Below are positions 1 through 8,970 of a DNA stretch of 64,000 bases, piece after piece; the stretch's first letter is position 1; every line of letters starts with the position of its first letter. The stretch is from a virus. Below the pieces are notes generated by a model, which ran no database searches, had not been told where the DNA came from, and was given only the letters and a program-made list of their open reading frames with translations. The position numbers and the translations under genes are program-made. The stretch lies in the IMG/VR virus record IMGVR_UViG_3300021493_000001; one strand, given 5' to 3'.

Positions 1-574
1 CAATCTTAAATTCATCTGGCACTTCTTTAATATTTATCACTCTAAAAGTCCACCGCTTTCTTTCATACACAGTTCCATCTTCCGTGCTTACTTTCAATTT
101 TTCTTTAGGCATAGCAATTTCAGGCAATTTTACAGGTTCAATACCTTTTTCCTTGGCTTCTTTATTCAATTGTTCTTGCAGTCTTTTCCTTTCTTCCTCT
201 GCTTTCTTTTCCATTTCTCTTCTTTCTAGCTCAAGACGAGTTTTGTAGTCTTTCAGCTTTAATTTTATTGTCTTTTTTGAATTAGAAAGAGGCTTAACCA
301 CTTCATTAACCCTAGCTTTCACTTTTTTAATAAAAGTCTTGGGGACAGCTATCCTTTTCTCGCATTCCTCGTTAATCTTCTTTTCATATTTTGCTATTGT
401 AGCTAGTAATTCGGCGGCCTTCTGGCAACTTTCTTCATTTGTTATTTCCAGCGTTTTTACCTCTTCTTCTAATTGAGTAAATCTTTTCTTCCAGACCAAA
501 AAAGCGTTTTGAGCTTCTATTAAAGCCAAGTTAGCCCGAAATTCTGTAAATACTCCATTATTATTTTTTTTCAT
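1..574 (-). CDS. Partial coiled-coil phage protein of the type found beside exonuclease/recombination genes; runs off the window start
   Basis: Hand-translated from ATG at 574 (MKKNNNGVFTEFRANLALIEAQ...RWTFRVINIKEVPDEFKI); open to position 2; absent from the ORF track. Confidence 0.7.
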   Translation of the reverse strand, partial: MKKNNNGVFTEFRANLALIEAQNAFLVWKKRFTQLEEEVKTLEITNEESCQKAAELLATIAKYEKKINEECEKRIAVPKTFIKKVKARVNEVVKPLSNSKKTIKLKLKDYKTRLELERREMEKKAEEERKRLQEQLNKEAKEKGIEPVKLPEIAMPKEKLKVSTEDGTVYERKRWTFRVINIKEVPDEFKI

Positions 575-914
575 TTTTTATTCTCCTTTTAGGTTTTTCT
601 AATAAATTCGGATTTTCATAAATATTACCAATTATTTCTATTTCATCTTGAGGGAAATACCCCAATGGTTTTTGAAAGAGAACATGCCAACAACCCAAAT
701 CTATGACAACTTCACCAATTCCTTGAGGAGTTTTTACAATATCCCATTCATAGATTTCCTTACCATTTTTATCTTTGTAATTTGTATAAAGCATAAGAAT
801 AACATTTTTATAAAAGCAACCTTCTATACTTATTTCTTGGTGCTTTAACCATATAGCATCAGGGTATAACATTCTTCTATTCTTCTCATCCCAAGCCCTA
901 ACTTTAATCTCCAT
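561..914 (-). CDS. YopX family protein
   Basis: MEIKVRAWD...YKDKNGKEIYEWDIV...IEIIGNIYENPNLL matches the YopX pattern. Confidence 0.9.
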   Translation of the reverse strand: MEIKVRAWDEKNRRMLYPDAIWLKHQEISIEGCFYKNVILMLYTNYKDKNGKEIYEWDIVKTPQGIGEVVIDLGCWHVLFQKPLGYFPQDEIEIIGNIYENPNLLEKPKRRIKNEKK

Positions 915-933
915 TTTTTGCCTCCTTTAAAAT

Positions 934-1449
934 TTATTCCTTCAAATATCTCCACCCGTTTAAAAAATTTAAAAAAGCCTGAAAGCCTTTATTTAGGTCA
1001 TCAATAAAAATAGTGTCAACAATAGCAGGCTTACCGTCTTTTCTAAGCCTTACCGCCGCCACTTTATCAGGCTTCAATTCTTCAGGCAGAGCATAATAAT
1101 AAGCTCCCAACTGCATTATCCACGCCTTATTAGCTACCTCAGAAGTCTTTAAATCCCACAACCACTTTTCACCTTTCCACTCAACTATCATATCAGGATG
1201 TCCTTTATAAATAAATTGCTCATGTTTCACTTCAAACTCAGCTTTGATTAGTTTTACAGGTAACAAACTTCTAAAGGATTGTATATATCCTTCCAGCTCG
1301 CCGTATTCAGGCACAAACAAATCTTGCAATTCAGCCACACAATACTTATGAATTAGTTTGCCTCGTTCACAGGCTAACTCCAGCGTGTTACTTGAGACAG
1401 GGAATTCTAGAAAGGGAGATATAACTTCTGTAACTCTGGGATAATACAT
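934..1449 (-). CDS. PD-(D/E)XK exonuclease (Cas4/RecB-like phage type)
   Basis: YPRVTEVI, RGKLIH, YKGHPD...WDLKTS, MQLGAY motifs. Confidence 0.85.
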   Translation of the reverse strand: MYYPRVTEVISPFLEFPVSSNTLELACERGKLIHKYCVAELQDLFVPEYGELEGYIQSFRSLLPVKLIKAEFEVKHEQFIYKGHPDMIVEWKGEKWLWDLKTSEVANKAWIMQLGAYYYALPEELKPDKVAAVRLRKDGKPAIVDTIFIDDLNKGFQAFLNFLNGWRYLKE

Positions 1450-1452
1450 GGT

Positions 1453-1680
1453 TCACTCCACAAAACTATGATTACAAATAATGCACCCACTCACAGGTTT
1501 ATTAGACATAATAAATGCTCCACAACTAGGACAGGTATCCCAGTTAAACAAATCCCACTTCCTCTGCACCTTTTCAAGATGCCCTTGCTCCCATAACTCC
1601 ACCACTTCAGAAGCTTCTTTTTCAGTAAAACCCCTGAAATGATAGTCCATCCGCCGTGCTACTATCCTTCTTTCATTCAT
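1453..1680 (-). CDS. Hypothetical protein with C-terminal CxxC...CxxC zinc finger
   Basis: Probable start MNERR at 1680, overlapping the upstream stop; CPSC and CIIC. Confidence 0.6.
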   Translation of the reverse strand: MNERRIVARRMDYHFRGFTEKEASEVVELWEQGHLEKVQRKWDLFNWDTCPSCGAFIMSNKPVSGCIICNHSFVE

Positions 1681-2059
1681 TTTGGCCTCCCTGTAAGATA
1701 GATAATGATTTATCAAGAATTTGTTTGGCTTCCTCTTCCACTTCTTCTTTTTCTTCATCATCTAGGTCTTCAAAAAAATCAACAGAAAATATTGCAAATG
1801 ATAGCAAGTTAAGTAATTTAGATACGTCGTCTATCATTTCAGGTTGGTCTTCAAATAAAAAGAGAAAAGGGGCACAATTAGAAGACAAAACCAAACAAAT
1901 AACTCCCAAATCCCCATTATAGACCTCTTCTAGATAACTTTCTGCTTTTTCTATTTGTTCATCAGTATCAAGAGCTTCTATAGCATAATTCCGTATCAAC
2001 TGACACCTGTTTGGCAAATTTGCCAAATGTTTCTTGATTTGTTCAAAAGGTTTTTCCAT
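1673..2059 (-). CDS. Hypothetical acidic protein
   Basis: AAGGAGG ribosome-binding site upstream; packs with neighbours. Confidence 0.7.
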   Translation of the reverse strand: MEKPFEQIKKHLANLPNRCQLIRNYAIEALDTDEQIEKAESYLEEVYNGDLGVICLVLSSNCAPFLFLFEDQPEMIDDVSKLLNLLSFAIFSVDFFEDLDDEEKEEVEEEAKQILDKSLSILQGGQNE

Positions 2060-2075
2060 TTTGCTTTACCTCCTT

Positions 2076-2309
2076 TTAAATATAAACATCTAAAGCAAAA
2101 GTTTTTCCAAAATGTTTGTATTTGAATTTCTTGCACCATATATTCCCTTTATCCATCCAACCTAAATAACCTGCATCATGAGAATAAAGATAAACATTGA
2201 TTTTATGATATGATATCGGAACACTTATCGGTTCTTCCCAGTATAAAACTGGATAATAATGACAAAATATACCTTCTTCGTTAATTATAATGTTTTTTAA
2301 TTCATCCAT
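2076..2309 (-). CDS. Hypothetical protein
   Basis: GGAGGAG ribosome-binding site; first gene after a consensus promoter. Confidence 0.7.
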   Translation of the reverse strand: MDELKNIIINEEGIFCHYYPVLYWEEPISVPISYHKINVYLYSHDAGYLGWMDKGNIWCKKFKYKHFGKTFALDVYI

Positions 2310-2332
2310 CTTTCTCCTCCCTTTTTTTCTTT

Positions 2333-2361
2333 ATTATAAAACAGTTAAATTTTTTTGTCAA
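2333..2361 (-). promoter_or_regulatory. Sigma70 promoter
   Basis: TTGACA-17 bp-TATAAT, perfect consensus. Confidence 0.85.
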
Positions 2362-2396
2362 GAGGTAAATTTAATTTTCAAAACCCTTAAACTATC

Positions 2397-2425
2397 TTGC
2401 ACCTTGTATGCTGTTAAGTTATAAT
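2397..2425 (+). promoter_or_regulatory. Sigma70 promoter, divergent from the one at 2333-2361
   Basis: TTGCAC-17 bp-TATAAT upstream of gene 2475. Confidence 0.65.
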
Positions 2426-2474
2426 CAGCTTTTAAGTGTTCTACTATGTGCTTCTTATGGAGGGATAGAAAATC

Positions 2475-2750
2475 ATGCCAAAACGGCTTGTATACCGCAT
2501 TAAAACAGAAAAAAATGAAACTGTAACTCTGTATCCGCCAAAGCTTCATTCCTTTGAACAGATTTTGAATTACATTGCATCCATTTGCAAACAAATAGAA
2601 AAAGGATTTATTTCGGAAACTCAAGCAACAACAATTAAGGAATTGATTAGTGTTGCGATAGAGGCCGTGCGTAAAAAACAAGAGTTTGAGAAATATGATG
2701 AGGTAGTAAAGTTCAGAGAGAAAGATGAAGAGGAAGACGAGGAAGAATAA
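2475..2750 (+). CDS. Lone plus-strand helical protein with acidic tail
   Basis: GGAGG ribosome-binding site and its own promoter. Confidence 0.7.
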   Translation: MPKRLVYRIKTEKNETVTLYPPKLHSFEQILNYIASICKQIEKGFISETQATTIKELISVAIEAVRKKQEFEKYDEVVKFREKDEEEDEEE

Positions 2751-2773
2751 ATTTGTGTTGGCACTATTTAGCA

Positions 2774-3109
2774 TTATTTATCTTCCCTCCAAATTACCCA
2801 TATATTCGTTTTAACTGTGTATAAAATAGTAATCCGCTTTATCTTAGCCTGTTTGCATCTCTGCTTAACAAAGTATTGTGCTATTTTCATTGCATCAGTA
2901 GGAGATAAGTTTGGTTCAAGGGAAATGGAAGTCTTATAAGTGTTTCTGGTGATTTTTCTAGTAGCAACCCAATTTGCAGGCTCACTATTTGCTATTTGAG
3001 TGTCTTGGGGTGAAGGATTATGGGGCAGTTCTATTTCTTGCCAGATATGATAACCTATGGCAACCGAGGCAATCCATAAGGCAGTTAGTAAGATAATTAA
3101 ATCTTTCAT
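2774..3109 (-). CDS. Hypothetical membrane-anchored protein
   Basis: Hydrophobic N-terminus LIILLTALWIASVAIG. Confidence 0.65.
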   Translation of the reverse strand: MKDLIILLTALWIASVAIGYHIWQEIELPHNPSPQDTQIANSEPANWVATRKITRNTYKTSISLEPNLSPTDAMKIAQYFVKQRCKQAKIKRITILYTVKTNIWVIWREDK

Positions 3110-3300
3110 CTAACAAGCTCCCTTTGTAGTCTTTTGCACTGCTTATGTAAGGCACTTTCAACCTTTTTCCTGAATGCCTTATTTGCCATTACTCTTCTAA
3201 ATCCCTTTATATGCGACCTATGTCCACAACGGTTAAATCCTACCTTAGGCAGTTTCTTTTTTTGATATTTTTCTTTATACATTGCCAACCTCCTTTTCAT
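3106..3300 (-). CDS. Small basic hypothetical protein
   Basis: Overlapping start/stop with both neighbours; GGAGG upstream. Confidence 0.55.
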   Translation of the reverse strand: MKRRLAMYKEKYQKKKLPKVGFNRCGHRSHIKGFRRVMANKAFRKKVESALHKQCKRLQRELVR

Positions 3301-3908
3301 CTAAGCAAGCTAATAAACCTTTCATTTTTTGTTCTGTTACATTATTAACGGCTTCAAACTTAATAAATTTATCATATTCATCTTGATAAATAGAAATAGT
3401 AACAGGTTTATTTTTCTCATCATTAAACTTTTCAACTTGGATAGCTATTTCTTTTAAGAGTTTTGCATTTACAGTTAGTGATATAACTGGATTTCCTTTA
3501 GGATATACTTGGTCTGTTTTAGGATATGAAATATCTTTATCTTTTATAGACATAGTAAAGACATTTTTCTAAATCCGTTATTACTAGAATAGTTTTATCT
3601 TTTTTCTGAGATACCATAATATTTTCAATAATAGGAAAAGGAGAATTTTTAGGAATTAATTTTTGAATTTTGGCCACTTCATTTTTTGTAAGATAAAAAT
3701 CTTTGTCTTGTTTATATTCATGTCCAGTTTCGGGATATTCTTTATAAGATAAATTTGGTCTTGTTATTTCTATAAGTAAATGCCTTTCTGTAGCAATTGT
3801 TTTTTCCTTAGTTACTTTGATGACTTGTGAAATATCAAAATCATTTGAGATACAATTGCCTTCTTTTTCAAGCAAACTCGCTATTTGAAGATTATATTTA
3901 TTTAACAT
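3275..3908 (-). pseudogene. Sliding-clamp (DnaN)-like protein split by a +1 frameshift
   Basis: ORFs 3537-3926 and 3275-3553 join as ...TDLE-NVFTMSIKDKDISYPKTDQVYP... if one A is removed from the run at 3564-3568; IATERHLL and YP..QVYP resemble clamp motifs. Confidence 0.55.
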
Positions 3909-3922
3909 TTTATTACCTCCTT

Positions 3923-3997
3923 TCAATCATTTATCCACTTATAAATAATCCAGCCAATCAACCAAATTGCTATTAAAAAGCCAAAGAATTCAATCAT
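3923..3997 (-). CDS. 24-aa single-transmembrane peptide
   Basis: MIEFFGFLIAIWLIGWIIYKWIND, hand-translated; fills the gap exactly. Confidence 0.45.
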   Translation of the reverse strand: MIEFFGFLIAIWLIGWIIYKWIND

Positions 3998-4026
3998 TTT
4001 GTTTTCCTTGGTTTATTAAAAGTTGA

Positions 4027-4059
4027 TAACCCAATGAGCTAAAAAAGCCCATTGGGTTA
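4027..4059. terminator. 14-bp intergenic hairpin (terminator or processing site)
   Basis: TAACCCAATGAGCT / AGCCCATTGGGTTA with 5-nt loop; one G-U pair on the minus strand; weak U-tract. Confidence 0.5.
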
Positions 4060-4063
4060 GTAA

Positions 4064-4777
4064 TTATAAAGTTTCCCCTTCTTTTAACATTTTTTCAATA
4101 GGAAAAATGACTATTCTTAACTCTACATGTTTAACTGGGTTTTCATTTTCATCCAATATTGCACGATTAACATAATACCGCCTGACCATAATTCTAGACA
4201 CAAGTTCCTCTCCAGTATATTCGCCAGGGATTTTAAAATAACATACTACCCCTGGAAAAATTTTAGTAGAAACATGCCATCCAGGTTTGGATTTCGTGCT
4301 TTCAATAAATGGTTGCCCGTTCAAGATTTCTTCTTTCAGAGTGGAAATGGTGCGAGCATAAGAAAGTTCCACAACAAAGCTTGCGGGTTCATTGACTAAA
4401 ATCATTTTCTGCAATGTAGCCCCAAATTTCAGTTTCCCCGCTTCAATAATTTGTTCTTGGTTTTCCTTTAGCCAATTCTGAATAAAAGAAAGACCTTCAA
4501 GTGGAAAAAGCTTGAAATCAATCCCGCCATCGTAATATTTTTCCAATTCTTCCACTGTCTCAAATGTTAATGGAGCTTCAACTAATTTTCTCACATCCTC
4601 TGCATTCATTCCGATTTCAAATTTAAAAGTATCATCTTCATTTATTCCAAAGTGCTCAGAAATGAGGCTATGACTATCAGGATTTTGCCCTTGTGCCATA
4701 TACCGCATTCTTTCTGCACCTAGCAGAGCCAATACCTTCCCATCTTTAGTTACTGAAAAGCTGAAAAAATCGCACAT
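4064..4777 (-). CDS. Hypothetical phage protein
   Basis: MCDFFS...DSHSLI N-terminus typical of a recurrent phage family; GGAGG upstream. Confidence 0.7.
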   Translation of the reverse strand: MCDFFSFSVTKDGKVLALLGAERMRYMAQGQNPDSHSLISEHFGINEDDTFKFEIGMNAEDVRKLVEAPLTFETVEELEKYYDGGIDFKLFPLEGLSFIQNWLKENQEQIIEAGKLKFGATLQKMILVNEPASFVVELSYARTISTLKEEILNGQPFIESTKSKPGWHVSTKIFPGVVCYFKIPGEYTGEELVSRIMVRRYYVNRAILDENENPVKHVELRIVIFPIEKMLKEGETL

Positions 4778-4778
4778 T

Positions 4779-5303
4779 TTAAACCTCCTTAACTAATGGA
4801 TTGGCAGTGGATTTTAAGCGGTTTTCCGCACCAATCCAATGAGGCAATCCTGCCTTTTCTTCAATTGTTCTTTTGGTTTCTATGTTTAGGTATGTAGCCC
4901 ATTGGACAATAATTCGTTTCGCTACATGAAAAATAAAGCCTTTTGGATTTCTAAATTGCTTCCAATATTCTCTATTACGAGAATAAAGGAAATCCAAAAT
5001 ATAATCTACTAATTCAACTTGAGTTAATCTTGGTAAACCTAGAATAGATGCCCATCTTTCAACCATATTTGGGATTTCTTTGTATAAAAGATGCGCATCA
5101 ACTCCTATTTGATATTCCCAAATAGGAAATACTTTTCGGTGTTTCATATTCTTTTTATTTCCTACTTTTTCGCTATATCCATCTCCTTTTTTTAAAATTC
5201 TATATGCTACTCCTTTGTGGACACCAAGTATTTTACCTATTTGGGCAAAGGTCAGTCCTGCATCCCTTAGTTTTTTTACATCGTTGTATTCTATTTTTTC
5301 CAT
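4779..5303 (-). CDS. HTH DNA-binding protein with a possible sigma-region-2-like C-terminal part
   Basis: LRDAGLTFAQIGKILGVHKGVAYRILK helix-turn-helix. Confidence 0.65.
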   Translation of the reverse strand: MEKIEYNDVKKLRDAGLTFAQIGKILGVHKGVAYRILKKGDGYSEKVGNKKNMKHRKVFPIWEYQIGVDAHLLYKEIPNMVERWASILGLPRLTQVELVDYILDFLYSRNREYWKQFRNPKGFIFHVAKRIIVQWATYLNIETKRTIEEKAGLPHWIGAENRLKSTANPLVKEV

Positions 5304-5312
5304 TGCTTCCTC

Positions 5313-5807
5313 CTAATACCATCGGATTATTGTTGATGTTCTGGAAGAGATTGGACTATTAGCATTATTTGGGCATTGGCTATAATAGGTGACATTAGGA
5401 TGATTAGGGCAATAATTTTTATAAAATGGGTGTTTATCATACCATTGTGCAATATTTTTGGACCTTAAATATTCTCCACAAATAAAACAATAAAATTCTT
5501 GTGTATTCCAAGAAGGCTCAAACGGACGAATGACCAATACTTTGTCACTAAATTCAGCGAAAATATGGCAATTTCTACAAACAAAAATTTCTTTATCATT
5601 GGGAAGTCCGATAGGTGCTGGAATCCTTTTTATCTTTGCTGTATATATCACAGCAGGCTTTTTACAGCTAGGGCATTTTATATTACGCCCGTCTTTGAGT
5701 AGATATTCACCTTCTACTATTTGGTTATTATAATAAAATGGTAGTTCTAGTTCTACAAAAAATTTTCCTTTTGCTAACATAACCTTAATTTTCTTTACTC
5801 CATCCAT
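5313..5807 (-). CDS. Cys-rich zinc-binding hypothetical protein
   Basis: CPSC, CRNC, CFIC, CP motifs; GGAGG upstream. Confidence 0.65.
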   Translation of the reverse strand: MDGVKKIKVMLAKGKFFVELELPFYYNNQIVEGEYLLKDGRNIKCPSCKKPAVIYTAKIKRIPAPIGLPNDKEIFVCRNCHIFAEFSDKVLVIRPFEPSWNTQEFYCFICGEYLRSKNIAQWYDKHPFYKNYCPNHPNVTYYSQCPNNANSPISSRTSTIIRWY

Positions 5808-5837
5808 GATAACCTCCTTTTCACAAACAATTTAGTC

Positions 5838-6089
5838 TTATGGCCTATCCCATAACCAGTTTAGCCATTCTTGTTCATTGCTATTAAACACGGGACAACA
5901 ACTATTATATCTACAAATGCTACAAGGCCAACCGCCCATTATGAGTTCAAGTTGTTTTTCTTTTGGTGCAGTAGCAAATGCTAATAATTCTTTTTCTTCA
6001 TCAACTTTAAACAAGCCGGGTTGTTTAATAAAACATTCCCTAAACTTTTTAGTTTTTTGAATTAAATAAAGAGCATCTTTTTTATTCAT
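5838..6089 (-). CDS. Hypothetical protein
   Basis: GGAGG ribosome-binding site; packed in operon. Confidence 0.65.
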   Translation of the reverse strand: MNKKDALYLIQKTKKFRECFIKQPGLFKVDEEKELLAFATAPKEKQLELIMGGWPCSICRYNSCCPVFNSNEQEWLNWLWDRP

Positions 6090-6100
6090 TTTAATCCCTC

Positions 6101-6295
6101 CTATTTTAGTTCGTCCTCTGCACTATTAACTTCCATAATTTTGTCATGGATACGTTCACAGTAACAGCGTCCCTCTTCGTCTAGCCCAGAATTACAACAA
6201 GGAGAAAAACAACCCTGACAGTTTTCACAGGTAGGATTGAGGTAAGGGCATTTACCCTCTTGTATTTCTTGCCATAATTTTTCTATTTCTACCAT
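6101..6295 (-). CDS. Small Cys-rich hypothetical protein
   Basis: Eight Cys; GGAGG upstream. Confidence 0.6.
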   Translation of the reverse strand: MVEIEKLWQEIQEGKCPYLNPTCENCQGCFSPCCNSGLDEEGRCYCERIHDKIMEVNSAEDELK

Positions 6296-6321
6296 TTTTC
6301 TTTACCTCCGTTTATTATTAT

Positions 6322-6513
6322 TTATGGTTCTGAAGGATAAGTTAAGCCCACTTGAATTGCATCCTCTAACGCTTCAAACATATCTGGGTCATCTAGGTCT
6401 TCAACTATGAATTTGCTCAAGGCAATTCTAGCCTGCCTTCCTGATAATTTGCCTACCAATTCAAGTAATTTTTCTTTATGTTCTTTTGTTATGTCTTGCT
6501 TTGTTTCCCTCAT
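6322..6513 (-). CDS. Hypothetical protein
   Basis: Likely start MRETK at 6513 after GGAGG; the ORF-track start lies inside a terminator. Confidence 0.6.
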   Translation of the reverse strand: MRETKQDITKEHKEKLLELVGKLSGRQARIALSKFIVEDLDDPDMFEALEDAIQVGLTYPSEP

Positions 6514-6529
6514 CTTTTTTGCCTCCTTC

Positions 6530-6569
6530 AAAATAAAAAAGCCCGATGTTCCAAAAAGGAACACCGAGC
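6530..6569 (-). terminator. Rho-independent terminator
   Basis: 12-bp stem GCTCGGTGTTCC/GGAACATCGGGC followed by TTTTTTATTTT. Confidence 0.8.
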
Positions 6570-6597
6570 CTTTAAGTTAGGGTGGGTGTTTAAATTG

Positions 6598-7017
6598 CTA
6601 TTCTATATTCAGTGCTTGTTTAATCTTTTCAATCTTTTCTGCCTCTTCCTCAAATGTTTTCATTTTTGAGATATTTTCAAGAAATTCCTCAAGTGCAATA
6701 CTAGCGTCTTTTACATTTATATAAGTAAAATCAATAACATCTACAGGCACAACCCAGCCTAATGTTTCTACTACTGCTTTACCGTTTTTGAGTGCAAAAT
6801 CAACCGAGCCTCCACAATTACGTTGCCAGTTATGCCCATCCCAGTAATCATATTTGACAGTAAATTTTTGTTTAGTCTCATATCCCGTGACAGCGTCAGG
6901 CACTTGCTTTGATATCCAATCCAATATAACTTGTATATCCTCTTTCGCCTTCTGCGTAGCCCTTTCCCTCTTTTTCATCCGTTCAACGATGCTTACTATT
7001 TTTTGTATTTCTTTCAT
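6598..7017 (-). CDS. Hypothetical protein
   Basis: GGAGG ribosome-binding site; coiled-coil ends. Confidence 0.7.
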   Translation of the reverse strand: MKEIQKIVSIVERMKKRERATQKAKEDIQVILDWISKQVPDAVTGYETKQKFTVKYDYWDGHNWQRNCGGSVDFALKNGKAVVETLGWVVPVDVIDFTYINVKDASIALEEFLENISKMKTFEEEAEKIEKIKQALNIE

Positions 7018-7019
7018 TT

Positions 7020-7196
7020 TTACTTACCTCCTTTCAATAATTTCTCCGTCACCCGCTCAGCACCGATTAAGTGCCGGCGGAGAGTGGCCATTTCAGCCTG
7101 CAATTTAGCAAGGCATTGAGGGCATATACCGTGTGTAGTGCCCTCGCCTTGCTTTGTGCCCATTACTTTCTTGCACCATGCACACACTATTTGCAT
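7020..7196 (-). CDS. Small zinc-binding protein (CAWC...HGICPxC)
   Basis: Start MQIVCAWC after AGGAGGTGA. Confidence 0.7.
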   Translation of the reverse strand: MQIVCAWCKKVMGTKQGEGTTHGICPQCLAKLQAEMATLRRHLIGAERVTEKLLKGGK

Positions 7197-7216
7197 GACA
7201 TCACCTCCTTTCCTCC

Positions 7217-7265
7217 AAAATAAAAAAGGCCGAGCCAACAGGCGTTAAGCCTGTCAAACTCGGCC
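7217..7265 (-). terminator. Rho-independent terminator
   Basis: GGCCGAG...ACAGGC/GCCTGT...CTCGGCC followed by TTTTTTATTTT. Confidence 0.8.
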
Positions 7266-7296
7266 TTGCGTTGCTTAAAGCGGTGCAGTGCCGTTT

Positions 7297-7755
7297 CTAG
7301 TCTATTTTTACACCCAGTTGCTTTGCAACACTGAGAATTGTCTCAGCATTGCTTTTACGGAGGACATCCTCTACTCTTCGTCTTACTTTTTTAACTTTTT
7401 CAATCTCTCTTTTTTCTTCTTCAATCTTCCTAATAGCTTCTCTAACTTTCTCGGCAAACTCATTAGCCTTTTTCTCGGAAGAGAATTCACCAGAATACAT
7501 GTAGTAATCATCAGAACGAGTGCAATCAAGAAAGTGCTCATCTGGGCAGAACCCGTAATCCCGCAACCCCAATGCCTCGTTCAATTCATGAGAAGTAAAA
7601 GGTAATTGAACCGTGCCCCATCCTTCAGGATGTTTAGCCTCATTAACTTTCACTTTGTAAACCGTTTCCCCACTTCTATAAGGATTACTGCTAGAACTTA
7701 AAACCACTTCCACCTTAATCCCTTCAAATGTTTTTCCTTTGTTAATCCACCTCAT
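7297..7755 (-). CDS. Hypothetical protein
   Basis: GGAGGAG ribosome-binding site. Confidence 0.7.
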   Translation of the reverse strand: MRWINKGKTFEGIKVEVVLSSSSNPYRSGETVYKVKVNEAKHPEGWGTVQLPFTSHELNEALGLRDYGFCPDEHFLDCTRSDDYYMYSGEFSSEKKANEFAEKVREAIRKIEEEKREIEKVKKVRRRVEDVLRKSNAETILSVAKQLGVKID

Positions 7756-7861
7756 CTTTCTCCTCCTTCCCCTTCCCTTGCCTTTGGCATCGGCTTGGGA
7801 AGGATTGTTTTATTTCCCACCGTTGTTTTATTACCCGCCACGGTAGGCACGGCGGGTTAGG

Positions 7862-8371
7862 TTAATTTATTTTGAAAATTCTCTTTAATCTTAATATAAC
7901 CTCATCATCTAACTTTTTACATAACCAGCTTGACCCATATTTATAATTTCTATCTTCATAAAGACCAATTGATTTTAAATACTCAACTGCTTTATTATAA
8001 TTTTCTGCAAAAAGTAGAGATTTATCAGCTTTTTTTAAAGCTAACATTTGTTTTTTAGTGCCAGGCACGCAATCATTTAAATGCCACTCTTGCCAGATTT
8101 TTAAAAGCTCTTTTAAATTTGTTGGTATATTCCATTCTTGCCCTAGCTTCTTTAAACTCATATCTATTTGCCCGCTACTATTCCATGCAGGGCGTCCTTT
8201 ACCATTATAACTATAATAAAGGTCACCATCTAAAGATAAAACTACAACTTCTTTTTCTTTCAGGTCTTCCCAGTCTTTACCTATGCTTTTTTTAAGCTCA
8301 AGATTAATTACAGCTAAAAAATACCCATTAGACTTTTTGTTTTTGATTTTAAATTTTGTTGAGTATTTCAT
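7862..8371 (-). CDS. Conserved phage hypothetical protein (WxxWHLND motif)
   Basis: IWQEWHLNDCVPGTKKQ...YKYGSSWL. Confidence 0.7.
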   Translation of the reverse strand: MKYSTKFKIKNKKSNGYFLAVINLELKKSIGKDWEDLKEKEVVVLSLDGDLYYSYNGKGRPAWNSSGQIDMSLKKLGQEWNIPTNLKELLKIWQEWHLNDCVPGTKKQMLALKKADKSLLFAENYNKAVEYLKSIGLYEDRNYKYGSSWLCKKLDDEVILRLKRIFKIN

Positions 8372-8607
8372 TTTATCAACCTCCTTTCTTTATTTATTTC
8401 CTTTACTTCTTTACTTAATAATTCATATAAATACCCAAATTTAGGGTGATAATACCGTTGATAAACTCTAACCACTATTTTGGTAGGGTCTATAACTAGC
8501 TTGTGTTTTTCTACCAATTTGCCTCGTTTCTGGAGTAATTTTTTAGCCTTAGCAGGTAAAGTGCTTGTATCTATGATTTGTTTACCACTTGATGGTCTAG
8601 CTCTCAT
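8368..8607 (-). CDS. Basic hypothetical protein
   Basis: Probable start MRARP at 8607 after AAGGAG. Confidence 0.6.
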   Translation of the reverse strand: MRARPSSGKQIIDTSTLPAKAKKLLQKRGKLVEKHKLVIDPTKIVVRVYQRYYHPKFGYLYELLSKEVKEINKERRLIK

Positions 8608-8911
8608 TTCTTTTTTCTCCTTTATATTCAATATTTGCAAAGCAAGGTTTAATATTTTCAATTTCTAATATTCTTGCTTTTATTAGCTCTCCTAAAATTT
8701 CTTTCATTGCTTGAGATGTTAATCTTTGAGGAAACATCCTTGTTGCTATGCCATTAATATGTTCCATTCGTAATACTTTTATTTTAGATAATATTTTAAG
8801 AATAACTGTTTTAAGTTTTTTCTTTTCTTGTGAGTTTAAATTTGTCCATAATAATTCGTTAGAGGTTTCCCCTTTTTGAACCATTTCTTTAATTGTTTCC
8901 CATTGTTTCAT
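8597..8911 (-). CDS. Hypothetical protein, possible winged helix
   Basis: Probable start MKQWE at 8911 after AAGGAG. Confidence 0.55.
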   Translation of the reverse strand: MKQWETIKEMVQKGETSNELLWTNLNSQEKKKLKTVILKILSKIKVLRMEHINGIATRMFPQRLTSQAMKEILGELIKARILEIENIKPCFANIEYKGEKRNES

Positions 8912-8970
8912 TTCTTGCTTCTCCTTTATATAGTTTGATTGGCCTATACCAGCTACAAACAACCCAGATA

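Noticed and set aside
2358-2774. 138-aa minus-strand ORF
   Set aside because: Antisense shadow of the plus-strand gene that has a promoter and ribosome-binding site; Phe/Leu-rich
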